A DNA stretch of 64,000 bases from Myxococcota bacterium. Its GTDB lineage: Bacteria > Myxococcota_A > UBA9160 > JAFDDA01. The position numbers and the translations under genes are program-made. The DNA is taken from the NCBI GenBank assembly GCA_965228475.1, contig OZ245817.1, positions 1,536,001 to 1,600,000 on the forward strand, written 5' to 3'. Each line of letters begins with the position of its first letter. The stretch's first letter is position 1. A model generated the notes under the pieces. It ran no database searches, had not been told where the DNA came from, and saw only the letters and a program-made list of their open reading frames with translations. Below, in pieces: positions 1 through 13,800 of the stretch.

Positions 1-41
1 GGATGCGTACGATCCCGCGGAATCGACGCATTTCGCGAGAA

Positions 42-55
42 TGGAACCTGTTACA
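42..55. promoter_or_regulatory. KstR-type palindromic operator TGGAACCTGTTACA
   Basis: Matches TnnAACnnGTTnnA at all 8 fixed positions; lies between -10-like TACGAT (8-13) and the P450 RBS (GGAGG 67-71)/ATG 80. Confidence 0.6.
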
Positions 56-79
56 ATTCGTCGCCTGGAGGTCCTCTCG

Positions 80-1321
80 ATGTCCGGTGACACGTTCGGC
101 TTCAACCTCGTCGGGCCGGCCGACTACGCCGCCCACGGCTACCCCCACGAAATCTGGACGAAGCTCCGCAAGGACGACCCGGTCCACTGGTGGACCGAGA
201 CCGAGGGCATGCCCTTCTGGGCCATCACCAAGCACGCCGACATCACCACGATCTCGAAGCGGCCGGACATCTTCCTGAACAACCCGCGCATCACCGTCTC
301 GCACCAGAAGGAAGAGCCGCGGCTCGACCAGTTCCCGGACACCCTGATCCAGATGGACAATCCGCGCCATCGGGCCTTCCGCAAGATGATCTCGAGCCGC
401 TTCACGCCGCGCGCGCTGAAGAAGATCCACGACCCGATCGAGGCGATCGGCAAGGAGATCGTCGACGCATTGGTGGCCGACAAGGACGAAGGCGAGTGCG
501 ACTTCGTCGCGGAGGTCTCGGCGCCGCTCCCGATCGCCGTGATCGGTTGGCTGCTCGGCGTCCCGAAGTCCGATTGGAAGCTGCTCTTCGACTGGACGAA
601 CCGTATCCTCGGCGCCCAGGACCCGGACTTCCAGGAGGAGGGCGTCGAGCCCATCGAGGCGGCCCGCTCGACCATGGTCGAGCTCTTCACCTACTTCGCG
701 AAGCTGCTCGAGGAGAAGAAGGGCGGCGACGCCGACGACCTGATGACCCTCTTCACGCAGCTCGAGTACGAGGGCAAGCCCCTCGACGTGATGGACCAGC
801 TCGCCTGGTGCCTGATCATCGTGGTCGCGGGCAACGAGACCACGCGCAACGGCACGAGCGGCGGCATGCTCGCCTTCGTCGAGAACCAGGGCGAGATCCG
901 CAAGCTCCAGGAACGGCCCGAGCTGCTGGCCGGAGCCGTGGAGGAGGTCGTGCGCTGGTCGAGCCCGATCATCCACTTCGCGCGCACCGCCGACGCTGAT
1001 TTCGAGCTGCGCGGGAAGACGATCCGCAAGGGGGACGCCTGCGCGCTCTTCTACCCCTCGGCCAACCGCGACGAGGAGGTGTACGAAGACCCCTTCGTCT
1101 TCCGCATCGACCGCCCGCGCAACCCGCACCTCGGGTTCGGGATCGGCGAGCACTTCTGCGTCGGGTCGCACCTGGCGCGGCTCGAGCTCGCCGTCGCGTA
1201 CAAGTACCTGCTTCCGCGGGTCGAGGAGATCGAGCTCGCGGGCCCGGTCGAGCGGCTGCACTCCGCGCTCGTCGGCGGCGTGAAGAAGCTGCCGATCCGC
1301 TACAAGCTGCGCCCGGAGTAG
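80..1321 (+). CDS. Cytochrome P450, CYP125/CYP142-like
   Basis: AGNETT I-helix, EVVR ExxR, FGIGEHFCVG heme-binding Cys; ATG 80 follows GGAGG. Confidence 0.92.
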   Translation: MSGDTFGFNLVGPADYAAHGYPHEIWTKLRKDDPVHWWTETEGMPFWAITKHADITTISKRPDIFLNNPRITVSHQKEEPRLDQFPDTLIQMDNPRHRAFRKMISSRFTPRALKKIHDPIEAIGKEIVDALVADKDEGECDFVAEVSAPLPIAVIGWLLGVPKSDWKLLFDWTNRILGAQDPDFQEEGVEPIEAARSTMVELFTYFAKLLEEKKGGDADDLMTLFTQLEYEGKPLDVMDQLAWCLIIVVAGNETTRNGTSGGMLAFVENQGEIRKLQERPELLAGAVEEVVRWSSPIIHFARTADADFELRGKTIRKGDACALFYPSANRDEEVYEDPFVFRIDRPRNPHLGFGIGEHFCVGSHLARLELAVAYKYLLPRVEEIELAGPVERLHSALVGGVKKLPIRYKLRPE

Positions 1322-1330
1322 GGCGGCGGG

Positions 1331-2062
1331 CTACTCGCCCGGGTCTTCGCCCCGGGCCGCCTTGATCTCTTCGAAGTGCTGGCGCCGCTCCATCAGCTTC
1401 TCGATGCGCTCGACGGGGACCGCGATGAAGATGCCTTCGGCCTCCGCGCAGAGCGTGTGCCCGGCGAAGACGCGGGCCTCGCAGAAGGTCTTGCGGCCCT
1501 CCACGCGGACGAGTTCCCCTTCGAACAGAAGCTCCGTGTGGAGCGGCGTGGGGGCGCGGTAGCGGACGGTCAGCGTGCCCGTGAAGCCGGGGTTCCCGCC
1601 GAGGGACTGCACGTAGCCGAGCACCTCGTCGAAGGCCGCGGCCACGAAGCCGCCGTGGACCGAGCCCGGCGGCCCTTCATAGGCCGAGCCGAAGGTCACC
1701 GACGCCACCGCCGTGCGTTCGCTCGCCTTTCCGATCGTGATGGGCGGCGCGAGCGGGTTTGCGAGTCCGATCAGCGGGCTCTGGTCGAAGAAGGCACCGA
1801 CGTCGCCGGCGGTCGAGGATTCCGAGGCGCCCATGAACTTCTTCAGCCGGGGGTGCGCCGAGAGCGTCTCCGCGTAGCGTTCGAGGCCTTCGGCGGCCCG
1901 GCGCAGCTCGTCGGCGGGGGCGTTGCTCGGGACGAGGCGTTCGATCACCTCGCGCATCGCGCTCGCCACGCGGCGCTTCTGCTCCCAGGCCTCGACGTTG
2001 TCGGCCTTGGTGTGGTCTCCGTAGAGCTCGACGGGGACGCCCTGGATCTGTCCCCGGCTCAC
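1331..2062 (-). CDS. PaaI/hotdog-fold thioesterase
   Basis: YEGPPGSVHGGFVAAAFDEVLG motif; GTG start overlaps upstream esterase stop (GTGA). Confidence 0.85.
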   Translation of the reverse strand: MSRGQIQGVPVELYGDHTKADNVEAWEQKRRVASAMREVIERLVPSNAPADELRRAAEGLERYAETLSAHPRLKKFMGASESSTAGDVGAFFDQSPLIGLANPLAPPITIGKASERTAVASVTFGSAYEGPPGSVHGGFVAAAFDEVLGYVQSLGGNPGFTGTLTVRYRAPTPLHTELLFEGELVRVEGRKTFCEARVFAGHTLCAEAEGIFIAVPVERIEKLMERRQHFEEIKAARGEDPGE

Positions 2063-3924
2063 GAGGCGGTCTCCGTACCTTCTTCGGGAAGCCAGGGCGC
2101 TTCGTCGTAGGGGAAGGTGCGGCAGGCGGCGAGCGCTTCGTAGTCGCCGCGGCCGAAGCCGCGGCTGAAGGCCCAGGCGGCGAGCTCGCGGTAGACGTAG
2201 CAGCGCTCGCGGTCGTCCCGGAGGCGTTCGTCCTCGGCGACGCCGGCGATCACCGTTTCGATCGTCACGGGCTCGGAGCCCATGCGGACGCCGCCGTCGG
2301 ACTCGGTATCGAGGATCACGTAGCGGTGGGCATCGTCGCTCGAGTCGTCCCAGGGGAGCCAGGCCGGCAGCGTGCCGTCGCGCCCGGTGCCCGGGTCGCC
2401 CGAGGCCGCGAACTCCGCCCAGTAGGACATCATCTGCTCCGAGAGCTCCCGCCGCGCGCGGCGGTTGAAGGGCGTGAAGATGCCGATGGCTTCCGGCCCG
2501 AGTTCGAAGTGGCCGAACACGAAGGGAATCTCGAAGCCGTGGGAGGCGCCGAGCATCTCGTCGAGGCGTACGCCCGGGAGCGAGAGCTCTTCGTCCCAGT
2601 CGAAGCGGTAGACCCAGACCTGGCCGCGCTGGTGGTTCTGCAGGGCCATGGCGGGCATGTCGGCGCCGGTGGCCTTCCAGAAGGTCGAGAGGTGTTCGGC
2701 CAGGGCGTGGAAGCGGTCGGGGTCGTGGGCCGTCGGGATGAGGCCGAAGCGCCGCGTGGCGTAGCGCTCGTCGAGCGCGTGGAAGAGCTTGTTCTCGTCG
2801 CGGTTCGTGCCGAGGATCGCGGGCACGGCGTTGAAGCCGCCGCGGCGGAAGCGGGCGAGCGCTTCCTGGCGCGGCAGTACGACGCCGTCGGCGAACATCT
2901 GCGGTACTTCCATGCCCCCGTCCTCGCGCCGGTAGGGTTCGAGCACGTCGTAGGCCGGGACCTTGCGGAGATACTCCGCGATCTCCCAGTCGTCGAGCGT
3001 GGCGAGGTAGGCGCGCGCGGCGTCGCGGTCCGCGGCGGTGCCGTCGGCGACGAGCCAGTGCGCGAGCGCCTCGTTCGAGCTGTCGGGGGCGCCGCCCTCT
3101 TCGCTCCAGTTCTCGGCCCGGGCCGGCGGCATCGTTCCGGTGCCGCCGCTCTGGGCGATCGCGCGGTGGAACAGGCCGCGCGCCTCGCGCGAGAGCATCA
3201 GCATGAAGACGTTCCGGGCGCCGGCGGACTCGCCGAAGATCGTCACGCGATCCGGGTCGCCGCCGAAGGCTTCGATGTTGGCCTGCACCCATTCGAGGGC
3301 GCGGATCTGATCGAGAATGCCGAAGTTGCCCGAGCGGCCGGCGGCCGTGGTGCCCTCGCCGCGCAGGGCCACGTTGCGGAACCAGCCGAAGGGGCCGAGC
3401 CGGTACTGGAGCGCTACGACGATCACGTTCTGGCTCGCCGCCAGGTTCCCGCCGTTGTAGAAGCCCGCGAGGCCGGTGACGTTGCCGCCCCCGTGGATCC
3501 AGACCATGACGGGCAGTCTCTCGTCGCCCTCGGGCACCTCGGCCGGGGCGAAGCGCGGCGCCCAGATGTTCAGGGTGAGGCAATCCTCGCTCCCGACGGC
3601 CGTGTCGGGTTCGGCGTCGTTCACGCCGGCGAGCGGCGTCGCGAGCTGGACGCAGGGCTCGCCGAACTCGAGCGCCTCGAAGGTCTCCTCCCAGGGCAGG
3701 GCCATGCGGGGCGCCTTCCAGCGCAGGTCTCCGACCGGCGGCTCCGCGAAGGGGATGCCGAGCCAGGCGTGGCTTTCGTACTCGGCCGCGAGGCCGACGA
3801 CGGGCCCGGCGCTCGGGGCGCGGAGCGTGTCCGCATCGGCGACGCGGGCGGCGCGCTCCGGGGCTTCGCTGCAGCCGGCGACGGCGAACAGCAGGGTGGC
3901 GGCGGCGAACAGGCGGCGGTCCAT
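2059..3924 (-). CDS. Type-B carboxylesterase, lipoprotein
   Basis: SEDCLTLNIW, WIHGGG oxyanion, GESAG nucleophile; N-terminal AVAGC lipobox. Confidence 0.92.
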   Translation of the reverse strand: MDRRLFAAATLLFAVAGCSEAPERAARVADADTLRAPSAGPVVGLAAEYESHAWLGIPFAEPPVGDLRWKAPRMALPWEETFEALEFGEPCVQLATPLAGVNDAEPDTAVGSEDCLTLNIWAPRFAPAEVPEGDERLPVMVWIHGGGNVTGLAGFYNGGNLAASQNVIVVALQYRLGPFGWFRNVALRGEGTTAAGRSGNFGILDQIRALEWVQANIEAFGGDPDRVTIFGESAGARNVFMLMLSREARGLFHRAIAQSGGTGTMPPARAENWSEEGGAPDSSNEALAHWLVADGTAADRDAARAYLATLDDWEIAEYLRKVPAYDVLEPYRREDGGMEVPQMFADGVVLPRQEALARFRRGGFNAVPAILGTNRDENKLFHALDERYATRRFGLIPTAHDPDRFHALAEHLSTFWKATGADMPAMALQNHQRGQVWVYRFDWDEELSLPGVRLDEMLGASHGFEIPFVFGHFELGPEAIGIFTPFNRRARRELSEQMMSYWAEFAASGDPGTGRDGTLPAWLPWDDSSDDAHRYVILDTESDGGVRMGSEPVTIETVIAGVAEDERLRDDRERCYVYRELAAWAFSRGFGRGDYEALAACRTFPYDEAPWLPEEGTETAS

Positions 3925-4005
3925 GGGGTCTCCTCGGGCGGTGCCGAAGAGTACCGCGTCCCGTCGGGGTGACGAGCCGTCTGCGGCCTCGCAGCCCGGT
4001 CCCGC

Positions 4006-4337
4006 CTAGTGGAGCGGCTCTTCCCGGAGCACGTACTCGCCCTCGGAGTCGACGTCGAACATCTCCCCCATGAGCGGGTGGCGGTGCGGTTCGTCGGAGT
4101 CGTCCGGCAGGAGGTTCTGCTCCGAGACGTAGGCCTCGTAGGTCGTCTCCGCGTTCTCGGCCAGCAGGTGGTAGTAGGGCTGGTTCTTCGCCGGGCGCTT
4201 GTCGGCGGGAATGGATTCCCACCACTCGTCGGTGTGGTCGAAGACCGGGTCGACGTCGTAGATGACGCCGCGGAACGGGTAGAAGCGGTGCTTCACCGGG
4301 TCGCCGATTCCGAACTTCGCCTTGCGCACGGGCTCGC

Positions 4338-4341
<4 letters not shown>
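4006..4341 (-). CDS. hspQ: Heat shock protein HspQ (YccV-like)
   Basis: KFGIGDPVKHRFYPFRGVIYDVDP...QPYYHLLAE...AYVSEQNL; ATGA overlap with glnS stop. Confidence 0.9.
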
Positions 4342-6056
<1,715 letters not shown>

Positions 6057-6147
6057 GAGGGTTCCAGGCGGGGCGGTTGCGGGATCGTTCGGGGCCGGAG
6101 GGTAGCGGTCCTCTCCGGCTCGGGGAGGCCTTCCTCGGCGCATCCGA

Positions 6148-7149
6148 TCAGGGGAGCTCTTCGTCCTCCGCCGCCAGTTCGTCGAGCGCATCGCGCAGCT
6201 CGGCGGCCTCGGCGAAGAACGCCTCGGGCGTCTGGCGCGGGAGCCATGCCGTGGGCAGGGGCTCGAGGCGCGACCAGTAGGGCAGGGTGGTCACCCACAG
6301 GTCCTCGTCGGCGACCTGGTTCGCCCAGTCGAAGGCGATGAGCAGCGCGGCCAGGCACGCGCCCGCGAGGACCCGCCGGGAGGGCCGGAGCGCTTCGGCC
6401 ACCGTGAGGTGGGCGGCGAGGTTGACCGCCATGATCGTCGCGCCGGCGATGGACTCGGCCATCATCATCGGCTCGATCGGGGCGAACACGAAGCGTGCCT
6501 GCCCGAACAGCTCGGCCTCCGCGTAGCGGGCCACGGCGGTCACCGCCGCGATCGCCCAGTGGGCGAGGAAGCGCGAGCGGCCCGTGAGGAGCCGGGTCAC
6601 CAGGGCCCATGCCCCGGCCCAGGCCGCGACGACCAGCAGCAGGAGGGCCGGTTCGGTCCACAGCTCGACCGCCTCGTACTCGGCGTAGGTCTCCCGCCAG
6701 GCCTCTCCGACACCGAGGAACCAGAGCAGCGCCGCAAGGAGGACTCCGCCCACCGGGTGACCGAGCCAGCGCAGGGGGCCGCTGACCGGGGCGAGGGGGA
6801 CGGTCTCTGCCAGGGCCTCTCGGGAGTCCGCGAGGCGCAGCACCGTCCGGCCGAGGCGCAGCCGCGCTCCCGGTGCGATGGCCGTGCGCTCGACGGCGCG
6901 GCCGTCGACCCGCGTGCCGTTGCGGCTTCCGAGGTCGCGCAGCGAGACGACGCGCTCCTCGTCGAGTTCGAGCACGGCGTGGTGCGGGCAGACGTGGGGG
7001 TCGTCGAGGATCAGGTCGTTGTCGAAGGCGCGGCCGATCCGGAGTCCGGGGCCGGTGAGGCGCACGCGCTCGACCACGCTGCCGTGGCGGTCGAGCCGCT
7101 CGACGAAGAGGCTTGCCTCGGTGGAAGGCCGACGGTCGATCGGGGTCAC
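6148..7149 (-). CDS. FHA-domain membrane protein
   Basis: IGRAFDNDLILDDPHVCPHHA...DLGSRNGT FHA core followed by ~5 hydrophobic helices; GTGA overlap with protease stop. Confidence 0.82.
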   Translation of the reverse strand: MTPIDRRPSTEASLFVERLDRHGSVVERVRLTGPGLRIGRAFDNDLILDDPHVCPHHAVLELDEERVVSLRDLGSRNGTRVDGRAVERTAIAPGARLRLGRTVLRLADSREALAETVPLAPVSGPLRWLGHPVGGVLLAALLWFLGVGEAWRETYAEYEAVELWTEPALLLLVVAAWAGAWALVTRLLTGRSRFLAHWAIAAVTAVARYAEAELFGQARFVFAPIEPMMMAESIAGATIMAVNLAAHLTVAEALRPSRRVLAGACLAALLIAFDWANQVADEDLWVTTLPYWSRLEPLPTAWLPRQTPEAFFAEAAELRDALDELAAEDEELP

Positions 7150-8381
7150 TCCTTCCACGCGAGCGACTCCAGGTAGCGGCGCGCGAGCCGTTCGCCCGAT
7201 TCGAAGGAGACGCCCGAGAGCGTGAGCGTCGTGTTCAGGGCCTCCTGGTCGTGGCCGAGGGAGGCGGCCTTCAGCACGACGTCGAAGAGCCCTTCGATCC
7301 GCTTGTAGCGCCGGGCACAGAGCGCCGTCTTCCACAGCAGGCCTCCCTGCTCGACGAAGCGCGTGTTGCAGCGGAACGCGGTCAGGTCGTCTTCGTCCCC
7401 GTCGAGGGCGAGCTCGTTGTCCTCGAAGAACCAGGTGTGAAGCGAGTGGAAGCGCACGGCGCCGAGGCGCTCGCTCGAGACGCGATCGTGGCTCACGTGG
7501 ATCCACTCGTAGGTGTGGTCCTCGGAGAGGTAGATCTGATCCTCGGTCGCGCAGGTCTGGTAGGCGAGCTGGTAGAGCCAGTCGTCCTCGCTCTCGGTGT
7601 CGCCCCAGCAGCTGAAGAAGGGCGCGAGCCGGCCGGGCACGACGAAGGGCCCGATGCGCGCGGTTTCGAACGGCTCCGCGAGGATCGCCTCGACGAAGCG
7701 CTCCTGGTAGCCGAGGAGCTGTCGCCGCAGCGATGCCCGATGGTCGGGGTCGGGCGCGCGCTCGAGCAGGGCGCGCACCTCCCCGGCCGGAACGAGGAAG
7801 CTCACGTCGTCGCCCGAGGTGGAGACGTTCACGCCGATCAGCCGGCCCGCGTCGTCGAGCGCCGGGCCTCCGCTCATGCCCGGGTTCAGGGAGCCGGTGA
7901 AGTGGATGCGCTCGAGGAACGCGTTCTCGAGGCGTCCGTTGTAGGTGCCCGAGACGATCGAAAGGCCGATGTCGAGGGGGTTGCCGAGGGCGTGGATCGC
8001 GCTCCCCGCCGCGGGCGGCTCCGCCTCTTCCCGGAAGGCGACGAACCGCTCGGTCGTGCGTTCGGTCTTCAGGACGGCGAGGTCGGCCACCGGGTCGAAG
8101 GCCAGGAGCGTGGCTTCGTAGCGGGTTTCGGCCCGGTCGAGCACCTCGATCCGGTAGCGCTCGGGCCGGTGAACCGTCTCCGCGACGACGTGGTAGTTGG
8201 TGACGATGCGGCCATCCGCCGCGGCCGCGAAGCCCGAGCCGATGCCGCGCTTGGCGGAGCTCGCGAGGTCGATCACCTGGACCTGCAGCACGAGGTCGGC
8301 GTGGTCCCGGAACACGTCCCGCGCGCGCGCGGCCTCGGCCGGCGGGCTCGCCGTGCCGAGGCCGATCGCCAGCGCGAGCAC
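7146..8381 (-). CDS. Exported trypsin-like (S1C) serine protease with uncharacterised C-terminal domain
   Basis: GSGF, TNYHVV, DLAVLK, NPGMSGGP triad motifs; signal-peptide-like N-terminus; start uncertain (8381-8441). Confidence 0.85.
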   Translation of the reverse strand: MLALAIGLGTASPPAEAARARDVFRDHADLVLQVQVIDLASSAKRGIGSGFAAAADGRIVTNYHVVAETVHRPERYRIEVLDRAETRYEATLLAFDPVADLAVLKTERTTERFVAFREEAEPPAAGSAIHALGNPLDIGLSIVSGTYNGRLENAFLERIHFTGSLNPGMSGGPALDDAGRLIGVNVSTSGDDVSFLVPAGEVRALLERAPDPDHRASLRRQLLGYQERFVEAILAEPFETARIGPFVVPGRLAPFFSCWGDTESEDDWLYQLAYQTCATEDQIYLSEDHTYEWIHVSHDRVSSERLGAVRFHSLHTWFFEDNELALDGDEDDLTAFRCNTRFVEQGGLLWKTALCARRYKRIEGLFDVVLKAASLGHDQEALNTTLTLSGVSFESGERLARRYLESLAWKE

Positions 8382-8437
8382 GGTGCGCAGGAGAAGGGTG
8401 CGAAGCCCTCCTCCTTTCTCTTCGCGAGGCGTTCCTC

Positions 8438-9838
<1,401 letters not shown>

Positions 9839-9881
9839 GGCTCCTCCCGGGCGACGGTGGGGCGGTCGCCACCTCGGGAGT

Positions 9882-10670
9882 CTAGCCTTTGCTCGCCTCG
9901 AGTTGGGGCCGCTCCTTCGGCGTCGGTGCGGGCCGGCGGAGCGCGGAGGGGGCGAGCAGGCTCGCGAGGAGCACCGCCAGGGAGGGAGCGGGCACCGAGG
10001 CCGGCGGCGCCGCGAACAGCGCGGACGGGTCCTCGACGCTGTCGAAGACCCGGACGTCGTCGAGGTCGCCCTGCCAGAAGTTGTTCGTGTTGCGGTTGGT
10101 GCCGAGGCGGAAGTTCTGGAGCCCGCCCGGGTTCGTGCCGAAGCTCGCGCCCACCTGGACGCCGTTCAGCCAGAGGTCGCCGTCGTTGCCGCCGAACTTG
10201 CGGACGACGATGTGGTCCCAGACCCCGAGGCCGCTCGGCGCGCCGATCGTGTAGAGGTTCTGCCAGGTGCGGAACTGGTAGACGCCGCCCGCGCTCTCGA
10301 CCTGCCAGGAGTAGTTCGCGCTCGGGCTCGTGTTGTTGCTGAAGAGGCCCTGGAAGGCGCCCTGATCGAGGGCGCCCTGGGAGCGGACCCAGAGGGAGAT
10401 CGTCCAGTTCGGCATGCCGCCCGGGCCGGAGGTCTCGAGGAAGGACGGGCTGGCTTCACTGCCGTCGAAGCGGGCGAAGCCCAGCGAGAGGTCCGGGCCG
10501 CCGCCCACCGCGCCGAGGTCGTAGTCCGTGGCGCTGCCCGAGACGTCCGCGGCGGTGCCGCCGTCGAAGTCCCAATGGGCGATCAGCGTGGCCCGGGCGG
10601 GGGTCGCCAGGAGGAAGAGGGCGGTGGCGAGCCAGAGGGCCCGGCACCGATGGGGGGATTCGTGCTTCAC
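9882..10670 (-). CDS. Secreted LamG/concanavalin-like protein with PEP-CTERM-like sorting tail
   Basis: Signal peptide; LIAHWDFD...WTISLWVR...WQGDLDDVRVF; C-terminal VPAP-hydrophobic-RR. Confidence 0.75.
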   Translation of the reverse strand: MKHESPHRCRALWLATALFLLATPARATLIAHWDFDGGTAADVSGSATDYDLGAVGGGPDLSLGFARFDGSEASPSFLETSGPGGMPNWTISLWVRSQGALDQGAFQGLFSNNTSPSANYSWQVESAGGVYQFRTWQNLYTIGAPSGLGVWDHIVVRKFGGNDGDLWLNGVQVGASFGTNPGGLQNFRLGTNRNTNNFWQGDLDDVRVFDSVEDPSALFAAPPASVPAPSLAVLLASLLAPSALRRPAPTPKERPQLEASKG

Positions 10671-10679
10671 CCCCAGCCC

Positions 10680-10705
10680 ATCGACCGGGGGAAAGCCCTA
10701 CTGAA
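10680..10705 (-). promoter_or_regulatory. sigma28-like promoter TTCAG-N15-GTCGAT
   Basis: 9 nt upstream of GTG 10670; same geometry as sites at 20104 and 30413. Confidence 0.5.
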
Positions 10706-10814
10706 GCCGAAATGTGTTCAAAAACACACGATTCGAGAGAGCGCGGGGGCGCACGGGTTTGGGGCAGACGTTGCGGGGCCCCTGCGCGACCCCGCCCGTG
10801 CAGCACTCCGGCAG

Positions 10815-13800
10815 CTACGGAGTCGAGGCGACTTCGAGTCCCTTCGGCGCGGCCTCTTCGGCCTCGGCCGCGCGGCAGGCGCTCGGGTCGCAGCCGTCGA
10901 CGAGCGGCTCGAGCGCCGGGGCGAGCATGCGCAGCACCTGGGAGGGCAGGCTGCTCGTGAAGTCGTACTGGCCGGCCTGGCGGCCTTCGACGTAGGCGGT
11001 CAGCACGCCGAAGTGATCGTCACCGAGGAAGAAGGCGAGGGTGGCCGAGCGGCTCGCGACCTCGGCCGAGAGGAGGCGCCCGTCGCTCGCGAAGCGCTTG
11101 CGCCGGTTGTCGCCCGTGCCGGTCTTGCCGCCGATCGCGACGGGCTGGCCGTCGAGCGTGTGGAGTGCGCCGTTCGCGCGCCGCGCGGTGCCGTTCGCGA
11201 CGACGTCGAGCAGGGCTTCGCGGGTGGCGCGGGCGACCTCCGGGCGGAGCACCCGCTCGGATTCTCCGTCCACCGGGCGAAGGCGCGTCTCGAAGGGCGT
11301 GCGTTCGGCGAGACGGATCCCGTCGATGCGGCGGGCCGGGCGGCGGAGCCCGTCGTTCTGCAGGATGCCCATCAGCTCGGCCAGGGCGGCGGGTCGATCC
11401 GCCGAGGAACCGATCGCCGTGGCGTAGGAAGGCACGAGGCTCGGGAACGGATATCCCATGCGCGACCAGTCCGCGTGGATCTGTTCGAAGGCGTCGCGCT
11501 CGAGCTCGGCGCGGATGCGGAGCTTCTTCCCGCTGCGGCGGCCGTTGCGCAGCCAGTCGTAGATGTCGGAGCGCACCTTGGCGCTCGCGGTGCGGAGCTC
11601 CGCGGCATCGGCCTCCGGGTTCTGAGCGCGGTAGTGCACCAGCCAGAGCTCGAGCGGGTGGAGACCCGTCAGGAAGGCGCGGTCCGCGAGCGAGAGCCGC
11701 CAGGGGTTCGCCTGGGCGTGCCAGCGCCGGAGGTCGTCGCCCGTGTAGCGCGTGCCCGGGTTCGCCTGCGAGAGGAAGCGATGCATCGCGGCGACGTCGC
11801 CCGCCGGGTGGAGGGAGCGGTACACGACGGCCTGCCGGAAGCCGCCCTTGCGCGCCCGGTTCGCGAGCTGGATCTCGCGTTCGAGCGGCGTTCCTTCGCG
11901 ATAGCGGCGGACGAAGGTGGTCAGGAAGCCCAGGCTCTCGCGCTCGATGAAGCGCTCGAGCAGGGCCTGGCCGTAGGGGTCGCCCGGGTCGTCGAGGGCG
12001 CGCGCGCCCGGGCCGCCCGGGCCGAAGGTCAGGTGGTCGGCGACCTCGCGCATGAGGCGGATGAACGGAAGGTTCACCGAGTGGCGCAGGGCGAGGCGGA
12101 GGGGGACGTGGCTGCCGTCGAAGGTCGAGTCGAAGTTCCCGAAGTGGTGGGAGCCGCCGCCGGTGTAGAAGCGGCCGGGCCGCGCGGAGATCGGCCGGTC
12201 GAGGGCGGCCGCGATCATGCCTTCCAGGGAGAGCCCGGGGCGAGCGCGCAGCGTGTCCACGACGAAGCGCGTGAGCGTGTCGCGCGGGTCGATGACGAGG
12301 GCGCCGAGCTCCCGGCGCGAGAGGCCCGCGTGGGCGTCGAACACGCCGGCGACGAGCTCCAGGTGATGCAGCAGCGTGCGCAGCTTCGCGGTCGAACCGA
12401 GGTCGAGCATCATGCCCTCGTTCACGTCGAAGGGCTGATCGAGCGTGTCGGCCTGGACGCGCAGCACGTTGGCGTCGCCCTCGCGCTCGTAGAGCAGGAA
12501 CGAGTAGACCACCTGGCTCGGGTCGCCGTTCTCGAGCAGCCGCGGCGCCTTGAGCTGGGCGCCGAGGCCCCGGGGATCCGCGAGTTCGCGCAGGACGCGC
12601 GAGACCTCGGCCTGGGCCGGTGCGTCGAGCGTGGCTTCGACCGTGAGGTCCATGCGGTCGAGGTCGTAGGCGCCGGGGACGTCGAGCCAGCCGAGCAGCT
12701 CCGCGCGGACGGCGTGGGCGGCCTTGGGACGCGGTCCGTCCACGGCCGGCTTCCGGTATCGGCCCGCGAGGAACCCGGGCCGGGCGGCGAGGGCGGCTTC
12801 GCGCAGCGGTTCGTCGATGACGCCCGCTTCGCCGAGCAATCCGAGGTAGACGTCCGTCAGCGCGTGCAGGTCTTCCTGGCCCGCGCGCAGGTAGTGGGAC
12901 GGCCGGCGCTGGGCGAGGAAGAGCGACAGCACGCGCCGGTAGGCGAGGGCGCGTTCCTCGAGCGTGCCCGCTTCGAGCGCGCGCGCCGTCTCGCGGTGGT
13001 CCGCGCCGAACCAGGCGTGCAGGCCATCGGGGACGCCGTTCACTTCGCCGAAGCCGGCGCGCGCCGCGAGCGGGACGGTGTTCACGTAGTCGGTCACGAT
13101 GCGGCGGCGGGAGTCCCGCGTGTCGGGCCCGCCCTGGTAGGCGCGGAGCGTCGCTGCCGTGATCTGCCGGACCTTCTCCGGGACGGAATCGGTGAGACCC
13201 CCCGGCGAGTGGCGGTACTTCTCGATCTGGATGGCGAGGGTGCTCGCGCCCGGCCGCCGGCCGCCGCCGCTCGGCAGGACCTGGAGGAGCGCGGCGTGAA
13301 GGAGCCGCGGCCACTCGATCACCGGGCTCCGGTACGGGAAGCCCGGTTCGAGCAGCTGCCGGTTCTCGATGAAGAGCAGCGTCTCCACCACGAGCCGCGG
13401 GACTTCGTCGAAGCTCGCGAAGTGGCGCTGGGGGTAGATCGTCCGGGTGAGCGGCGCGCCGTCGCGTCCGAGGATGGTCAGGCCAGCGCGCGCCTTCTCG
13501 GGATAGATGGCCGGGAGCCCGAGAGCCGCGAACCGTTCGCTCTGGAGGCTCGGGCGCGCCTGGGCGATGACCTCGAAGCCCGCGCCCTCGAGGGCGGCGA
13601 CGTGCTCCGAGAGGCGGTCGTAGCCGAGGCGGCGGTCGTAGGGGCCGTCGGCGGCGAGCAGCGGCGCGGGGTTCTTGCCGCCGAGGACGTGGAAGTCGGC
13701 CCGGGCCGAGGCATCCGAGGTGGCGAAGGCCTGGACGCGGTTGGTGCGGACCTCGGTCCGGACGGCGGCCATCACGAGGAGCAGCCCGAGCAGGGTGACG

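Noticed and set aside
1331..4225. Apparent long fusion ORFs in the track (e.g. 964 aa; also 15455-19393, 43007-45658, 7146-9872)
   Set aside because: N-terminal extensions are out-of-frame read-through of neighbouring genes; the real starts are downstream
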